Shown here: piece after piece, positions 13,650 to 31,165 of the stretch
Position numbering within the stretch: the stretch's first letter is position 1
Layout: each line of letters begins with the position of its first letter
NCBI RefSeq assembly: GCF_009914755.1
Contig: NC_060929.1
Reading direction: 5' to 3' (one strand)
Length of the DNA: 64,000 nt
Source: the human T2T-CHM13v2.0 reference genome, Homo sapiens
Made by a program: the position numbers and the translations under genes
Notes under the pieces: generated by a model
The model's input: only the letters and a program-made list of their open reading frames with translations
What the model was told of the DNA's origin: nothing
Databases searched by the model: none

Positions 13650-13890
13650 ACATATTATGGTCCTCCATGCCACCCCATACTTTCCCATTCACAGTATGCC
13701 TCATGTTGTGCTCTTGATCCTTGTTTACTTCTTTTCTCCCCTTTGGGCTGTGAGCTCTGTGAGAGCAGGGCCATGTCTCCTACGCTCACTTACTAGTTTT
13801 AAGCTTCTGAGTAGCTCAACTGAATTCTCAAATTGTTAGTTCATGAGCAAGCTCAGTGTCTGGTACATAGTGGCACTTAATAATTTATGG
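13650..13890 (+). mobile_element. L2 3' end
   Basis: 'ctgtgagctctgtgagagcagggcc...agtgtctggtacatagtggcacttaataa'. Confidence 0.6.
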
Positions 13891-14189
13891 TCTCAGGGAT
13901 AGCTTACTTTAGTCCTAGCTCTAGATTCAAACCTGCAAACATGTATGATTGCCCATCTGTCTGACACTGAGCTAGGTGCTGGTGTTTTGACAGTAATGAA
14001 ATACAATCCCTGCGGCCGTCGTAGACTGTCATATTACTTTATCCTAGTAAGGCACAATGGTATGTTAAGAATGGGGGCTTTGTTGTAAGCCTGGGTTCTA
14101 ATCCCTGTGACACCACTTACTATCCGTTTGACTTTAGGCAAGTCAATTAACCCATCTGTGCCCTCACTTTTTCTAATATGTAAAAATTA

Positions 14190-17210
<3,021 letters not shown>

Positions 17211-18234
17211 GGGAAAATCATAGCAGATACCTCACGCGGTTGTGGCTAGGATCCCATGAATAAGTATACATAAAGTGCTAAAAATGCCTTCCATATAGTA
17301 AGTTAACTTAATAAATATGCTTAAAAAATTATTCAAACCTGGAAGAGGATGACTATCATGCCCTTCCAATGATGTGTTGAAGCATGGTCTAGCTGGCTAC
17401 CAAGGATTAGTTCATTCTAGGACATGTAACTTTGTCTTGTTATTTATTGTTGATTAGACTGAGACTCCATGAAGTAACGTGTTAACTTGTACATTTGTGT
17501 CTAGTAGAGATGCAAATGGTCTCTGTCCACTGCAGAAGAGTCCCTTAAGAGTCTAACCTAACAATCTTAGCAAATTTATTTTTGGCATATCTTTCCTGTT
17601 TCTGTAATTCTCTTTCCCTCAAATACTCTTTGAATCAGTTGTGCTGCTCTGCTAGTTTCCTCATGTTCAATTCTATATTTGTATGAAAGTCGTGTTTTTA
17701 ACTTCTTGAAATTATATTTTGAGAAATGTCATTCATTATTATTATATGGGTATATTATTATCATTCTTTCATTTTTTTTTCAAATGCAGATGATGTAGTA
17801 GGAAGAGCATTGGGCTAATTTGCAGAAGACCCATATGTAAGTCAAGCTCTACAACTTTTTAGTTTCCCTAGTCAAATGATTCAACCTCAGTTTCTGTATC
17901 TATAAAACGGAGAAAATAATACCTGGTTTACTGGGAAGTTGTGTAACCTTCCAATATAGCCTGCCAGGGTCTGTCCTGCTGGACTGCTTATAGCAAACAA
18001 TGATGTAGTTACTTGGACAAACCATTCTTCTCACATCTGCAACTGCTCATGGCTTCTCAAAGCTGGGGTGCCTTCAAGTTACCATACAACTTTTAAATTT
18101 TCAGTGGAATTCATCTCATCATTCTGCATGCCTCCTCTCCTCTCTCTACCACCAAGGGAAATAGTAATAATGACATAAACTGTATTTATGCTTTAAAGCT
18201 CCAGTGTGCAAAGGGTTTTCTGTTTTATTATAGG

Positions 18235-18470
18235 TAATAATAAGCACTACCATTTAGTGACAATTTGTGTTAAGCTTTGCATACCTTAAATGTATTATCT
18301 CATTTAGTCTCTACCATGGCTCTATGAGATAAACATGAATATACCCATTTTACAGATAAGAAGCTGAGACTCAGACATGAAGTAATCTGCTCAGGAGTAC
18401 TTAGCTAAGTAGTCAGATAAAGCCTGGATTCCCACCCATATCTGATAGCATCCAAAGTGTACATTTCCTC
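18235..18470 (-). mobile_element. MIR
   Basis: 'cccattttacagataagaagctgagactcaga'. Confidence 0.7.
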
Positions 18471-18589
18471 TCATTTGTTGAGCACTTTGTGTGTACAAGT
18501 TACCAGAGTAAGCAAGCGGAGAATGGCACGGAAAAAGAAAATATCTACTCTAAAGAAGCTCATCTTTTAGATGTGGAAGATAAAGAAAA

Positions 18590-19580
18590 AGATAGTAACA
18601 GTTACCATATATACAGTGGCTACCGTGTGCAAAACCAGCTGCATCTGGATTAGGGTCATAATCCCGAATGTTGAAATTTGAAAGATCAAAATCCCTAAAG
18701 TTTCAAATCCTGACTTTCATGACCTAACTATTCTTTGAAGTCTTGCATAGAAATAAATAGCTGCTTATTTTTTTTTTCTTTTGGAGCATGGCTTTCCTTG
18801 GAGAACATGTTCACATTCACTTTGTACGTGGACCCTTTCTTTTTGAAATTCTTTTATGATTTGATATACACAGCTATGAGTATTTCCTATTAAATGTTTC
18901 CATTTTTTTGTGCCATGCTTCTGTGTCGTTTTGAGGACGTGGAAATTCTTTCTGCATACACTGATATATGGACCACAGATTTGGTGGAAATAATACTGGT
19001 GACTGAATAGCAACACCATTGCATAAGTATCCTGCACATAATTATTTTGCAACCCAAAGTCAGTAACTTTGCTGGCTTCTTTAAGCAAATGTAACTTTAA
19101 TTCATTAACATCTCCTGGATTTTCATTTATTGGAAAAAATGCCCATGTACTCAGATGCATTTTTAAACCGAAGTTTCTGTCATTGCTGTATCGCCTGACC
19201 AATCCACTCATCTGAATTTTCCACTAAATTTGAATGAAGATGATAAAAAGGCAATAGTTCCACCTAACATGATGCAAGCAACATGACGCAACTATCCTGT
19301 ATACCACTGAAAGCACACCAATCCCTTCCCAAGAGTTCAGCTTTTAGGATTTCAACATTTGGGATTTTAGACATTAGGGACTTTAGATGTTAGGGGCTGT
19401 GTCTTCTGGGATTTATGATCAGCACTGGCTGCACCCGTACGTTCACCTACTTCTCACCTCAGTCTGGCAAGGTAGGTGATATTACTCTGTTTCATACATA
19501 ACAATACAGTTCCAGGAGATGAAATAACTTACCTGAGGTCATGCAGCTATAATGATTCAAACTCTTGCCTGTGTTTTCTA
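18590..19580 (-). mobile_element. MIR split by Ricksha-like copy 2
   Basis: MIR tail at 18590-18646; body 'gtaggtgatattact...aacttacctgaggtcatgcagct...gattcaaactc' at 19428-19580. Confidence 0.55.
18647..19427 (-). mobile_element. Ricksha-like MULE transposon, copy 2 (internally deleted)
   Basis: Termini are near reverse complements of copy 1 termini; 9-bp TSD gctgcatct (18638-18646) / gctgcaccc (19428-19436); ORF 18765-19211 is homologous to the copy 1 transposase remnant. Confidence 0.85.
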
Positions 19581-20459
19581 TCATTTTTACCCCCATACTA
19601 GACACACAAAGACACATAACATTCAGTACTGTACAAAGGTTGCAAGCACCCAGAATGAGCTTGATGAGCACTGAAGGGGTTGCTGGGAAACTGCTGCTGT
19701 CCATGCAGTAAATGTTGATGAAGCAGCTTCTATTGGCCGCATGTGTGAATGTCTGGGGGAGCAATGATGACATGGTCCCTGAACTTAAGTGGTTCATGGT
19801 CTAGTGTGAGGGGCAGATGTGTAAATGGGCAACTGTGATACAGCATGGTAGGTGATGTGCTGGAGAGCATGATGAGAGCCCTCCGGGTGGATGGGAGCAA
19901 GGGAAGATTTCCTACCCAAAGCTGTACCCCAACCTATGAGTCTTCTTTCCTTGCCACTAGAAAGTATGCTCTTGTGGTTTGCCCTTCCCGACCCACCACC
20001 CCCAGCTGGTTTCTAAGGCACACCATCAGCTCCTACATACCATTTGTTTGGGACTTGAAAATGTCTTAGGTTAGTAGATTTACCTTTCCAAATCATATTT
20101 TCTTAGGCTAATTGGAAAATCAGTTTTCACTGAAAACCAATGGTATGCCAAGGTGGCTCAAAAGGGTGTTGAGGTGTGAGGATTAATATGCCTTAGAATG
20201 GGGAAAAAACAGTAGGTAATGGGCAAAATTGTACCCTGTGTACACAGATGATTGTAGGTTAAGATTATTTATTTTAAGGGTTCTTCCTTGATCCCTGTTA
20301 TACCTTCCAGATGGATTGGAGATTGCTTGGATATATGGATTTGATGGGCCTCTGCAGGCCACCCTGCTAATGAAACCTGTAAAATAATCTACATTAAAAT
20401 ATTCTCTCTCTCTCTTTCTGTCTATCATGATATCTGCAAACAGTTAAATATTCAAATAG

Positions 20460-21040
20460 TCTAAAAGAAATTTTTCCTTCTTGGAAGGCAGCTATTGTTA
20501 CCCTGTGTATCCTTGTATACCTTTATGTATCCTTTTAGAGGTATTGCATGGATACATGCATATATGGGGATATGCATGTATGTGTGTCTATGTGTGTGCA
20601 TATATGCATCCACTACATATATAGTATAAACACACATCTTATTTTTGTTTTTTTCTTACATAAATAATAGCATACTATAATACTGTCTTTGCTTTTTTTT
20701 CATTTAACAATGTAGTTTGGAGGTTATCTGTTATGCCATAGAACCAGTAGATTCGCCTTATTCTTTTCAATGGCTGCTTCGTGTTTCATTGCCACATTTT
20801 AATCAGATTCCTTTGGATGTACATTTAGAATATTCTTTTTTTTTGCAATGAATATACTTGTACATACAAGTTTGCCCACGTATGACTGTATCATTTGGAT
20901 AAATTCCCAAGTGAAATTTCCAAATGAAATGCTATGTTCATTTTAAATTTTGGTAGATGTTGTTCTCTTGCCCTCTAAAAATGTGGTATCAATTTATATT
21001 CCTAACAACATGGGAAGATGTCTGTTTTCTCATATGTTCT
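20460..21040 (-). mobile_element. Ancient L1ME-type 3' fragment
   Basis: 'ttcttttcaatggctgc...gcaatgaatatacttgtacat...ggataaattccca...ttttaaattttggtagat'. Confidence 0.6.
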
Positions 21041-21249
21041 TTGAATGGTTTTGATTAGCTTCCAGGACACATTGCAATGATGAAAACTTGGTTGCTGTGT
21101 CTTAAAAGTTGGGTGCAAGTTAGGTTCAGGAGGCTGTGAATTGCAAAAATCACTTGATCATGTCTGAGCAGTTGAACATCAGTATTTTAGAGCTGAAAAC
21201 ATGCCTCTTTGGGTGTTCTGGACATAAGAATGCCACTCCCATGCTCCCT

Positions 21250-21538
21250 TTTATTGAGACATGGTCTTGCTCTGTCACCCAGGCTGGAGTACAATGGCTT
21301 GACCATGGCTAACTGCAGCCTTGACCTTCTGGGCTCAAGTGATCCTCCCACCTCAGGCTCCTGAGTAGCTGGGAACACAAGCACCTACTACCACACCTGG
21401 CTAATTTTAAAATTTCTTGTAGAGATGAGGGTCTTTTTATGTTGCCAGGGCTAGCCTTGAACTCCCAGACTCAAGAAATCTTCCCACCTCTGCCTCCCAA
21501 AGTGCTGGGGTTAGAGGTGTGAGCCACTGCACCTGGCC
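21250..21538 (-). mobile_element. AluJ
   Basis: Diverged dimeric Alu with J-type positions. Confidence 0.88.
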
Positions 21539-22399
21539 AAGAATGCTCCTTTTTATATCCCTGTAAAGCCAGAATGCATTTTAACCTGTTTTTAACTTTT
21601 TGCATTTCTTAATGACAGAAAGCTGGACACCTCATGCTTGGGCTTCCTAGAAGACACTGGCTTGATTCCCCCCATTTATTCTTTGTTTCTTCGAAGTTTA
21701 TCTCCATTCTCTGTATTAGGCCTTGCCACCTCACAGTGTGGCTCTCGGCATTTCTATCCACCTTTCCTAGTGGGTCTTGAATGGGTGACCTTATCACTCC
21801 AGGAGGCAAATATACACTGTACTGATCTGCCAAGCTCAATATCCTTTTGCTTAAATGTTAGATGGATTTATGTTATTGCTCTGGGAAGCAGTGATCCAGG
21901 GAGGAATTAGTGTTCTGAGAGGACTCCGGTCTTGTTAAAATGGCAACAGGAGGATGCACGTGCTTGTCCAAAGCCATGGGCTATAGTCTAATCCAGTCTT
22001 TCTCCTTTATTTTCCCCTCCTCAATTCATTTGGTTATTTGAATCCTGTTTGCATCCGAGCTTCTGAGATCCTGGGGTCCAGTGAGGAAAGTCTGGATATA
22101 TGGTGCCATCAGCTCTGCCTCAGAGACTTTCAGTGTGAAGAGAAAAGGCTCCTCACAGGATGCCCTGTGATCTGGGCTTACATGTAACAATGCTGGAAGT
22201 GGGCAGGCTGGGGCCTGCTAGACAGTGACTTTTCCTTCTGGAGTTTTCTGGGGAGGTACACCAAAGTGTACCAATCAGAGTTGCATGTGAATTTGAACAA
22301 TTTTCCAAAACAACCTTTGTGATCCAAATGTTTTCCTTTACATTTGTGCCTTCCTGTGCAGAGCAGGCATGTTCTTAAATGGTTGCAAGCAAGTTAAAA

Positions 22400-22810
22400 T
22401 TGGGGCGGTGGTGCATTCAGGGGGAAGGTGTATAGAATTGGGATTTAGAGGATTCAAGATTGGTTGGTTTGTTTTAACTCTGCTACTTTCTAATTGTGTG
22501 AGTTTGGACACACTGCCTAACCTATTAGCATCTAGATTTACAAAATAATAATGCCTGCTTATCTTCATCAGAAGATTACCAGGCGGAAAAAGTGAGCTAC
22601 TTGTTGTTAATTTTGAGCTGGAAAGGCTAATAAATCTTTACATTCTCCACTGGCAATGTGTACCAGGCGACTTACCTACATCATGTTATTTAATTCTGGC
22701 AACCCATAGCTGAGATAAACACTGCTATTTTACAAATAGGGAGAGAGATGTTCAGAGAAGTTGAGAAATTGGACCAAGGTCAATTGCAAGCCAGCTTGCA
22801 AACCTGGGTG
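22400..22810. mobile_element. Two MIR fragments in opposite orientation
   Basis: Plus-strand MIR at about 22400-22610; minus-strand 'ttttacaaatagggagagagatgttcagagaagttgag' at about 22650-22810. Confidence 0.5.
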
Positions 22811-22876
22811 AGTAAAAGAGACTGGATGTGAGGGTCTACCCTTGTCTTTGAGTACATGAGTAATGTGTCTCTAGCC

Positions 22877-23090
22877 CAGTGGTCCTCAACTGGAGGTGAC
22901 TGTGCCCTCCCAGAGACATTTGGCAATGTCTGGAGACAGTTTTGGTTGTCACAACTTAGGGAAGGGGTGTGCTAATGGCACCTAGTGGGCAGAAGCCAGG
23001 CATGCTGCTAAACATACTACGATGCACAGGACGGCCCTCCACAGCACAGATCCAGCCCCAGTCAATTAGTGCTGAGGTTTAGAAACCCTG
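22877..23090 (+). mobile_element. MER20 (hAT-Charlie), full length
   Basis: 'cagtggtcctcaac...gacatttggcaatgtctggagaca...gctgctaaacat...agaaaccctg'. Confidence 0.9.
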
Positions 23091-23149
23091 GGCTAACCCA
23101 TGTACTTCTGATGTTTTCCTACAGAGAAGATAGAATAAGGGCAGCTTTT

Positions 23150-23360
23150 CCTTGACCTATTTTTCTTATTCTATAGCACCTGTCACCCCCTAATATTCTA
23201 TATAGTTTATGTTTATTTTCTGTTATCTTTCTCTGTTCACTAGAATGTGAACTTCCTAAGGGCAGAGACCTTTCTGTTTTCACAATTTCCCAAGTGCTTA
23301 GAATAGATCCTGTGTGGTGTAGGTGCACCTTAAATATTTGTTTTATAAACAAACGAATGT
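23150..23360 (+). mobile_element. L2a 3' end
   Basis: 'cactagaatgtgaacttcctaagggcagagac...ccaagtgcttagaa...aaatatttg'. Confidence 0.7.
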
Positions 23361-24800
23361 GCAAGATTTAAGTTCATGGTAACAACTTTTGGGGACTGCT
23401 GAATATAGGGGAAAGAGGCAGTAAACATGAATTCTGAGATGAGATAGTATTGGTCAGGCCAGATTCCTGCCAGGGCTTCTGCCCAGAGGGCTGGACTGGG
23501 GACCTAGCTGTGTATCTCAGAGTATCTTTATGTGGCTTTCTGAGTTGAGGGTGCTGGGTCCTAATGCAACCTGCTGTCATCAATGGCCACAGTGCCCCTG
23601 TATCACTTTTCTTGGGCTTTCCAGGCAGGTATAGTTCTGATTAATGTCGGCTTTTCTAAGAAGGTGGTGAGGGACTAACTTTGACTCCAAAGCAGTACAC
23701 TTTACTCAGGTTAAGAAGTCCTTTTCAGATCAGTTCAGAGTGACAGCTTATTCTTGAAAAAGGGGAAAACAGCTTCCTCAAGGGGAGTTGTAGAGGAAGA
23801 AAGGCTTTTCCAGAACTCTTCAGTATTCATATATGTCTGCCATATTGGCTGCCTGCTACTTTGCCTGCTATTGTGCTACGATAAAGAGGAACAAATCTCT
23901 CCTCCTGTAAGATGCTCCATAGGTCATGACTGACCTGGGTCGGGTGGGGTGCATGGTTAACATCAAGAAAAAAATGCTACTTGAAGTAGACTTTATTGTT
24001 CTCATTTTATAAATGAATAAATAAAGTAACATAATAGACTTTATAACAATAAAACCTACTTCAAAAGGTTATTGTAAGTAGATTTTTCTTGTAACAACCG
24101 GTCCCAGAGTTCCTCTTGGGGAGGGAAATTACTTTGTTTAGAAAAAGATCAGAAGATGACTCTGGGAGTATGGGAGGTAGATCCTGTTTTCCTATTCTGG
24201 AATGAGACAGCAAAGCAAAGGGATAGTTAACTATTCTGTATAAGAAATGCATAGATTTAGGGGTGGGGAGAGAAGTGAGGGGAGTGGGAGATGGGGTGAA
24301 TGGGACTGGGTAATGGCTAGGGTAGAGGTAGGGGAACAGTGACCATGTGGGCAAGATGGCATTTAGGGAGAAGAGAGTCTGATGTTTTATTTGTGTTGCT
24401 GTGATGTAATCCCCCCTTTGCGTCAGGCCAAACCTTCAGTCACATGTTATATGAGTGGTTATGGGGAAAGCCAAAGATAGGAGGCTGAATTTCCTGCTTG
24501 TGACCAACTGTGGCAGAGAGAAGAACCCCTGGAAGTGAGATGCTAATGAGGTTGGTTGAGCGTTCTTCGAAGCAGAAGCGCAAATGAGAACTAGACCTGA
24601 AGTCCTCACAGAAATCTTGAGGAGGTCATAATTTTCACTGTATGATATGGGATAGAGGTCTTGGGTCAGTTTTATTTAAACATCAAAGGGCAGGTAACCC
24701 TGGATTATATGGAGAGTCAAGTTAGTATTTGTACAGCGGTATTTAGCCTAGTATTAAAATATAACAAGCATGTAATAAGTAAGTTATTTTTTCTTCATCA

Positions 24801-25130
<330 letters not shown>

Positions 25131-25149
25131 TCATTCCAGATTTAGTTAA

Positions 25150-25345
25150 CAGTCATAAACTAGTCCGCAAACATGATTTGTTTGGGCTATTTTTATAAAT
25201 TGTGTTTGAATGTTCTGGTCAGGGTATGTTCTTTTCCATTTGCCTTAGGCCTCACTACTCCCTATTGTCTTTTCCTTCTGGCGGACTCACAGATTGATGT
25301 GATCTGCCTGACTCCTAAAAGTATTTAAGTTTGTGGCTACCAATT
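25150..25345 (+). mobile_element. MER102-like hAT element fragment
   Basis: 'ctcactactccctattgtctt...tctgcctgactcctaaaagtatttaagtttgtggc'. Confidence 0.45.
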
Positions 25346-25409
25346 TAAGTGAATATCCTTAAACTGTGCAGAGATCAGAGGACAATCTGGCATGTATGAT
25401 ATTTTCCCT

Positions 25410-25723
25410 TGCAGGTAGATTGCATTATTAATTACATTATTAGCTGTCCCTCCTATAGAAGGAATATACATCTCTTTCAGAAATTTTTAAGAGCCATTGT
25501 GTGATTCACATTTTTTCCCTCTCTGCCATGAAAACAAGCATGTCTCAGATAAAGGTTGCTCTGTCAGCCTCAGTCTCCAAATAAAATTCTGTAGAACAAA
25601 GCAGATGCCAACCACTGCTAAATATGTAGCGTAAGTGAGAAATAAAAGTTTGTTGTTGTGAATCACTGAGCTTTTTGGGGTCGTTTGTTACCTTACCATA
25701 AGCTTGTCTATTAGGACTGACAC
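25410..25723 (+). mobile_element. MLT1I/J-like MaLR LTR
   Basis: 'gctctgtcagcct...tgtagcgtaagtgagaaataaaagtttgttgttgt...gtttgttacc...ctgacaca'. Confidence 0.7.
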
Positions 25724-26450
25724 AACCCCTCTGTGTATTTTAAAGATGAGAAACCTAAGGAACACTTCCCAGCTTGCATATGTGTTCATGAAAGCTATTT
25801 AGCTTTTACTTATTTCTACTGAGATGATGATGGCAATTTGGGGAGGAGGAAATTTCAAAGCTCTGTTCTGGGGAACAGATACAAAGCAAAATCTAATTTA
25901 CTGCTCCAGGGGCATCTGTGTGTAACACCCTAAACAGTGCCCCCAAAGGAGGAGTTCATCTCAGAATATGAGTTTTGGCATAATTTGTGAAATGTTTCAT
26001 CACCATGGCAGCCCATCCATCACGTCTTCTTCATCAATCAATGATTAATTATTCAGGTTCTTCTGAGGTCTGAATTAGCCTGATGAAATTTTGAAAAGAA
26101 AAATATATGAAACAAGAGACTTACAAAAAAGAATCTCAGATTGGAGATAGAAATAATCTGGAGGAGATAGAAATAATCTTAAAAGCACCCATTCCCTTAG
26201 CAAACAAAATAATTCATGGTTTAGCTGTTTATTATCTTCTAGACAATGCATCCTAAATCTATCCCACTGGCTTTGACTCTCCTTCTTGGATCTGTTAAAT
26301 ATTTTTCCAGTCCCTGAATGTTTGGGGGAAGCCCCAATAACACCTCAAACCTAACATTATGCGAACTTGAATTTGTCACTTTCCTTTCTAAACATTCTAT
26401 TTATGCCCATGATATCATTACCTTTTCTGTTTCTTAGGGCCTGACATTTA

Positions 26451-27190
<740 letters not shown>

Positions 27191-28087
27191 CCTCCCCAGA
27201 GAGCAGGGGAGCTGGAAATGCCTTTTCCTTACCCTCTGCACTCAATCAAATGCTTTTGCCATACTGAGCTATAGAGAGGATTTGAGGCTGAGAGGGCACT
27301 CTGAAATCCCCTAAGACTCTGAAATGAGGGCAGCCGAGTGGGAATTCATGGCCTGAGCCAGCAATTCCCTTCAGAACTGCAGAACAAGGGTCAACTCAGC
27401 AAAGCTCTCTGCCCAAAGTTAGCTGAAGACCCCCTGCCTTCATTACCAGCGTCTTGCTTATCTCTTAATTCTCTCCAGTTCTGTTCCATGAAGCTAACCC
27501 ATAGAAACATGGCTGCCCCTTCCACCCCCTCCTCTTTTGTTAAAGGCAAGAAAATTGTTTTAATGCTGTTTGCAACCCATGCAGAAAAAATATTTCCCAG
27601 CAGGTGTTTCTGAGCATTAAGCAGGTTTTGCTGCTCTCCCTCCACACATCACTTTAACAGCCACTCCAGCAAATTGCTTAGTCCATGAATTCTCATCTCC
27701 CTTGCTGCCTGCATTAAACTAAGAGAAGAAAATAGAGATCATTAAAGGCCCCTTCCCTTGATTATTTTTTTTAAAAGGGCATGATACATTTTGAAGAAAA
27801 GGGAATAAGTCGAAGCTCGGGTATAACCAATATGCAAATCAGTACCTCTTCTCTTAGAGGTGTTCATGCCCAAGCTCCTCAGACAAGTCCATCCCACTGT
27901 GTGGGAGGAAGTTGAAGGGTGAGGATTTTTAAGATTTTTATCTTGCTTGAAGTTGTGAAGACTCAATGACAAATGGCTAGGTTTTGAAGGGGTCTTGGAA
28001 GTCATTACTGGGGATAGACCCCTCTTGATACTTGTCACATTAATATCTGCCCAGACTCTCACACATTCAGATGTTTAACGTCACATG

Positions 28088-28690
28088 CATTAAGTTCTTT
28101 TGGTTGCATGAGACAGTGATGCACAGAAACTCACTTAGGAAAGGAGATAGGTGGCAATAAAGAAAACAGGGATTTCATAGGAATGCAGTAAAAAAAAAAC
28201 CATGGTCTAATCTTGCTTCTTGGAGACAGGACCCAGATTAAAGATATTTGCAGGGATGTCAGCAGTAGGAGTTTGTGGATCTGCAGTCTGGTGCTTTACC
28301 ATTAACTCAAATAAGACCTCCCTACTTCTGCTTTGAATGTATTCCCTCCCATTACTGTGTTCCAAACCTTCCACACCTTTGTCTTCACCTCAGTCCTGCT
28401 TATGGTTTCTGCCGTGTTATGTTTCTTCTTCTCATGGCTTGATCATCCTCCCTTCCTTCCCTCTTTCAAATTCCCTGGCCAGAGATTTTATTCCCATGAG
28501 AATTTGAGGGATGAACCAGCTCATGAATTGGCTGTCTTGAGACATATGTGTCACCCTGGTTCAACCAGAGTCACTGGAAGAAGGTAATGGGGGTCATGGG
28601 TATGGAATGCAGCTGCCCCCCAGCAAAGGCTATGGCAAGGAGGTTTGTCTTTAGGTGGGGATAAGGCTGTGGATAACACCACCACCAAAA
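28088..28690 (-). mobile_element. Very old MaLR LTR (MLT1L/N-like)
   Basis: 'attaagttctttggttgca' start and 'ttggctgtcttgagacatatgtgtcaccctgg'. Confidence 0.35.
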
Positions 28691-30989
28691 AAGTCTCCCC
28701 TTAGGGTCAATTAAAAAATACATGATGTCAACATGTAAGTGGCATTCACTGTTCATGCTAAAATAGTTTATGTTACATTTTCCTGTGGTTGTAGTGAGCT
28801 TTAAGATTTAAGGGACAGGGTGATCATCCCCTCTACAGAGATTTTGAAAGTGGATTAGGGGAATCAATGATTTGCCCAAAGTCCTATAAGCGGGTCTTGA
28901 ATATGAAGTTATCTTTGCATTATGCTGTCATGAATTGGTTCTTCAACGTTATCTGGGGAGTACCTACCCTTAGCTAAGCTAAGTTTAGATTCCATAAATT
29001 TACTTTCCAGACGAAAGTCTTAAACTGTTCATGAGCTTACCTCTGTTCCTAGCTAGGCTGCTCAGTATTTATTCTAAATCTGCTTTCAGTTCACAGAGAA
29101 ATCTTTGCATTTGGTAGACTTTTCCCCTCCAATGTGATATACAGTAACTGTTGCTACTTGGAAGAACAATTGTATGCTTACACACATTCTGAATGCTTCA
29201 TGTGCACATATCTCTGGCCCATATTTCCTAGGGCTTCCCAGAAACAGGAATTCTTGAACTGTCTGGGAGCTCCACTTATAGCCAGCAAGACTTTAACTTC
29301 TCCAAGGCAGTGATTGCTAGAATTCTAACCAGCTTTATTTGAGTCTGGGCTCTAACCACCCTGGGTTGTTAGCCAGTACTTAAAGGAAACCTAACTTCTG
29401 TAGACGGAAGCTGAGGGATGTTCTGCTCAGCATGGCCTTGACTTCTTGGCATGAGAGCTGATGGGAAACTCTTCTGCCAAATGTCCTATATGCCACACTA
29501 ATTTGGTCAAGGCAAGCTGCTGGGGGAGAATTCAGGCCCTGAACTTCTGTTGCTGGATCTTGTTACCTAGGCTGCTCTTCCTGGTATCAAATAAGTGTAC
29601 CAATTGCAGATGAGACCCTTGCTGAACACTCAAGGATTAGCAAGCAGGAAACAAGTCCCTAGGCCAGGCTGATAGGGACAGGTCTTCAGTTTGGGAAGGA
29701 TGAGAGTGTTGGAGAAGATCCAGTCAAAACCTTGGAGGATCTCCAATCCCTGGCTTTTTACTTGTCTCTGTTCTGGGGCCACAAATGTCCAAAGGACACA
29801 GGCTCTTCACCCTGACCCATGGCATAGACACTCACACAAAACCTAGGCTACCACATACCTGGCTGACTCCATAGATGATACACACATCAGATTTGCCCTG
29901 TCATTGTTGCTCTCACTCAACTGTGCTCCGAAGACCTGGGGAGCAGGAACTACAGGCTTCAGAATGAACACATGCAGAAAACTACCACATAGTTCTCTGC
30001 CTGGTATCATGGGCAACGGCCTTGAAGTCAGATTTCCTGAGTCCTTCTCATCCTGCCATTGTTTCCACCTACCTGTGCAAGTAAATGCTGTCTCCTTCTA
30101 GGCCTCAGTTTCCTTAACTGTAAATGGACAGGACTGAATACATGGAATGCTTTGTATATGAAATATCCTTGGCTTGGGTCTCTGTGGTTCTTAATTCAAC
30201 CTTTTCGGTGTAATGTTCTTTGCTTTTGTTTCTCTCCCACCTGCCCTGGCCCCTTGTCCTGTCTCCCACTCTGTTTCCTCCTCTTTCTCCTTTTTACTCC
30301 AACCCCATCCAGCTCCTGTCCCTGTTCCTGTCTCTCTCCCCAACCCCTGTCCCTGCTCCTGTCTACACCCTCCTTCTTCTGCTACAGGAAGAGAACACTT
30401 ATGTATATTTTTGCTTCATCTATGGTATGTAGCATAGAACCTGGCACACATTCCACTCATGCATTCATGCATTAGTATACTCCATAGATATTTGAGGAGC
30501 ATCTATCTAGTACGTGCAGGCCTCAGTGGCTCTTGGTGTGGAAGACAGGTAGACAGCCTGCTTAGGACCTGGGTGAAATATATAGCGCTTAAAACATGTG
30601 GGTTAAGCAAATGAGTATCATGTCAATTTTTAGTTCTATGGAGCATTCTTGGTCTCCAGTATCACTTGGAATAGTACTGAGTACTTGACCCTATAGGAGA
30701 GTTGGAATCATGCCTACGAGCCAAAACTCTTCAAGTTTTCCACATGGGGATTTCTTCTTTGTCTCATGTTATTGTGTTAAAAGCACCTGTAAGTCTAAGC
30801 TCTGAGCTGGCACTGTTACCTACAGCAGTGAATTCAGTTCCAAGACTGGTAGAGAGGGGATGAAAGGGTGAGAAGAGACACAAAAACAAGATAAAGTGGA
30901 AGAGAGGACATAGAAGGGCTGGAAAAGAAAGAAGAGTACAGGGGACAAAGGAATGGGCTTTGAGGATGAGGACTTTTGGGGTTAGGGCA

Positions 30990-31165
30990 TAGCTTGCCAG
31001 GCACTGGCTGTGTGACCCTGAGCAAGGTGACATTTTTCTCTCATCTGGAAAATGAGGTTAAAATCATTAGCAACTATGGGGACTAAATGAGATGGAGTCT
31101 GTCACATTCTTAGTGTGGTGCCCATGAAATAGATGCTCCATAAACAGTAGCTATTCTCATTATTA
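30990..31165 (+). mobile_element. MIR
   Basis: 'gctgtgtgaccctgagcaag...ctcatctggaaaatgagg...actaaatgagat'. Confidence 0.65.

Noticed and set aside
26143-26179. ggagatagaaataatct repeated twice
   Set aside because: Ordinary short slippage duplication
30059-31033. Overlapping ORFs and an apparent inverted relationship between CT-rich 30240-30380 and AG-rich 30850-30960
   Set aside because: Low-complexity composition suppresses stop codons, and the reverse complement shows no specific alignment
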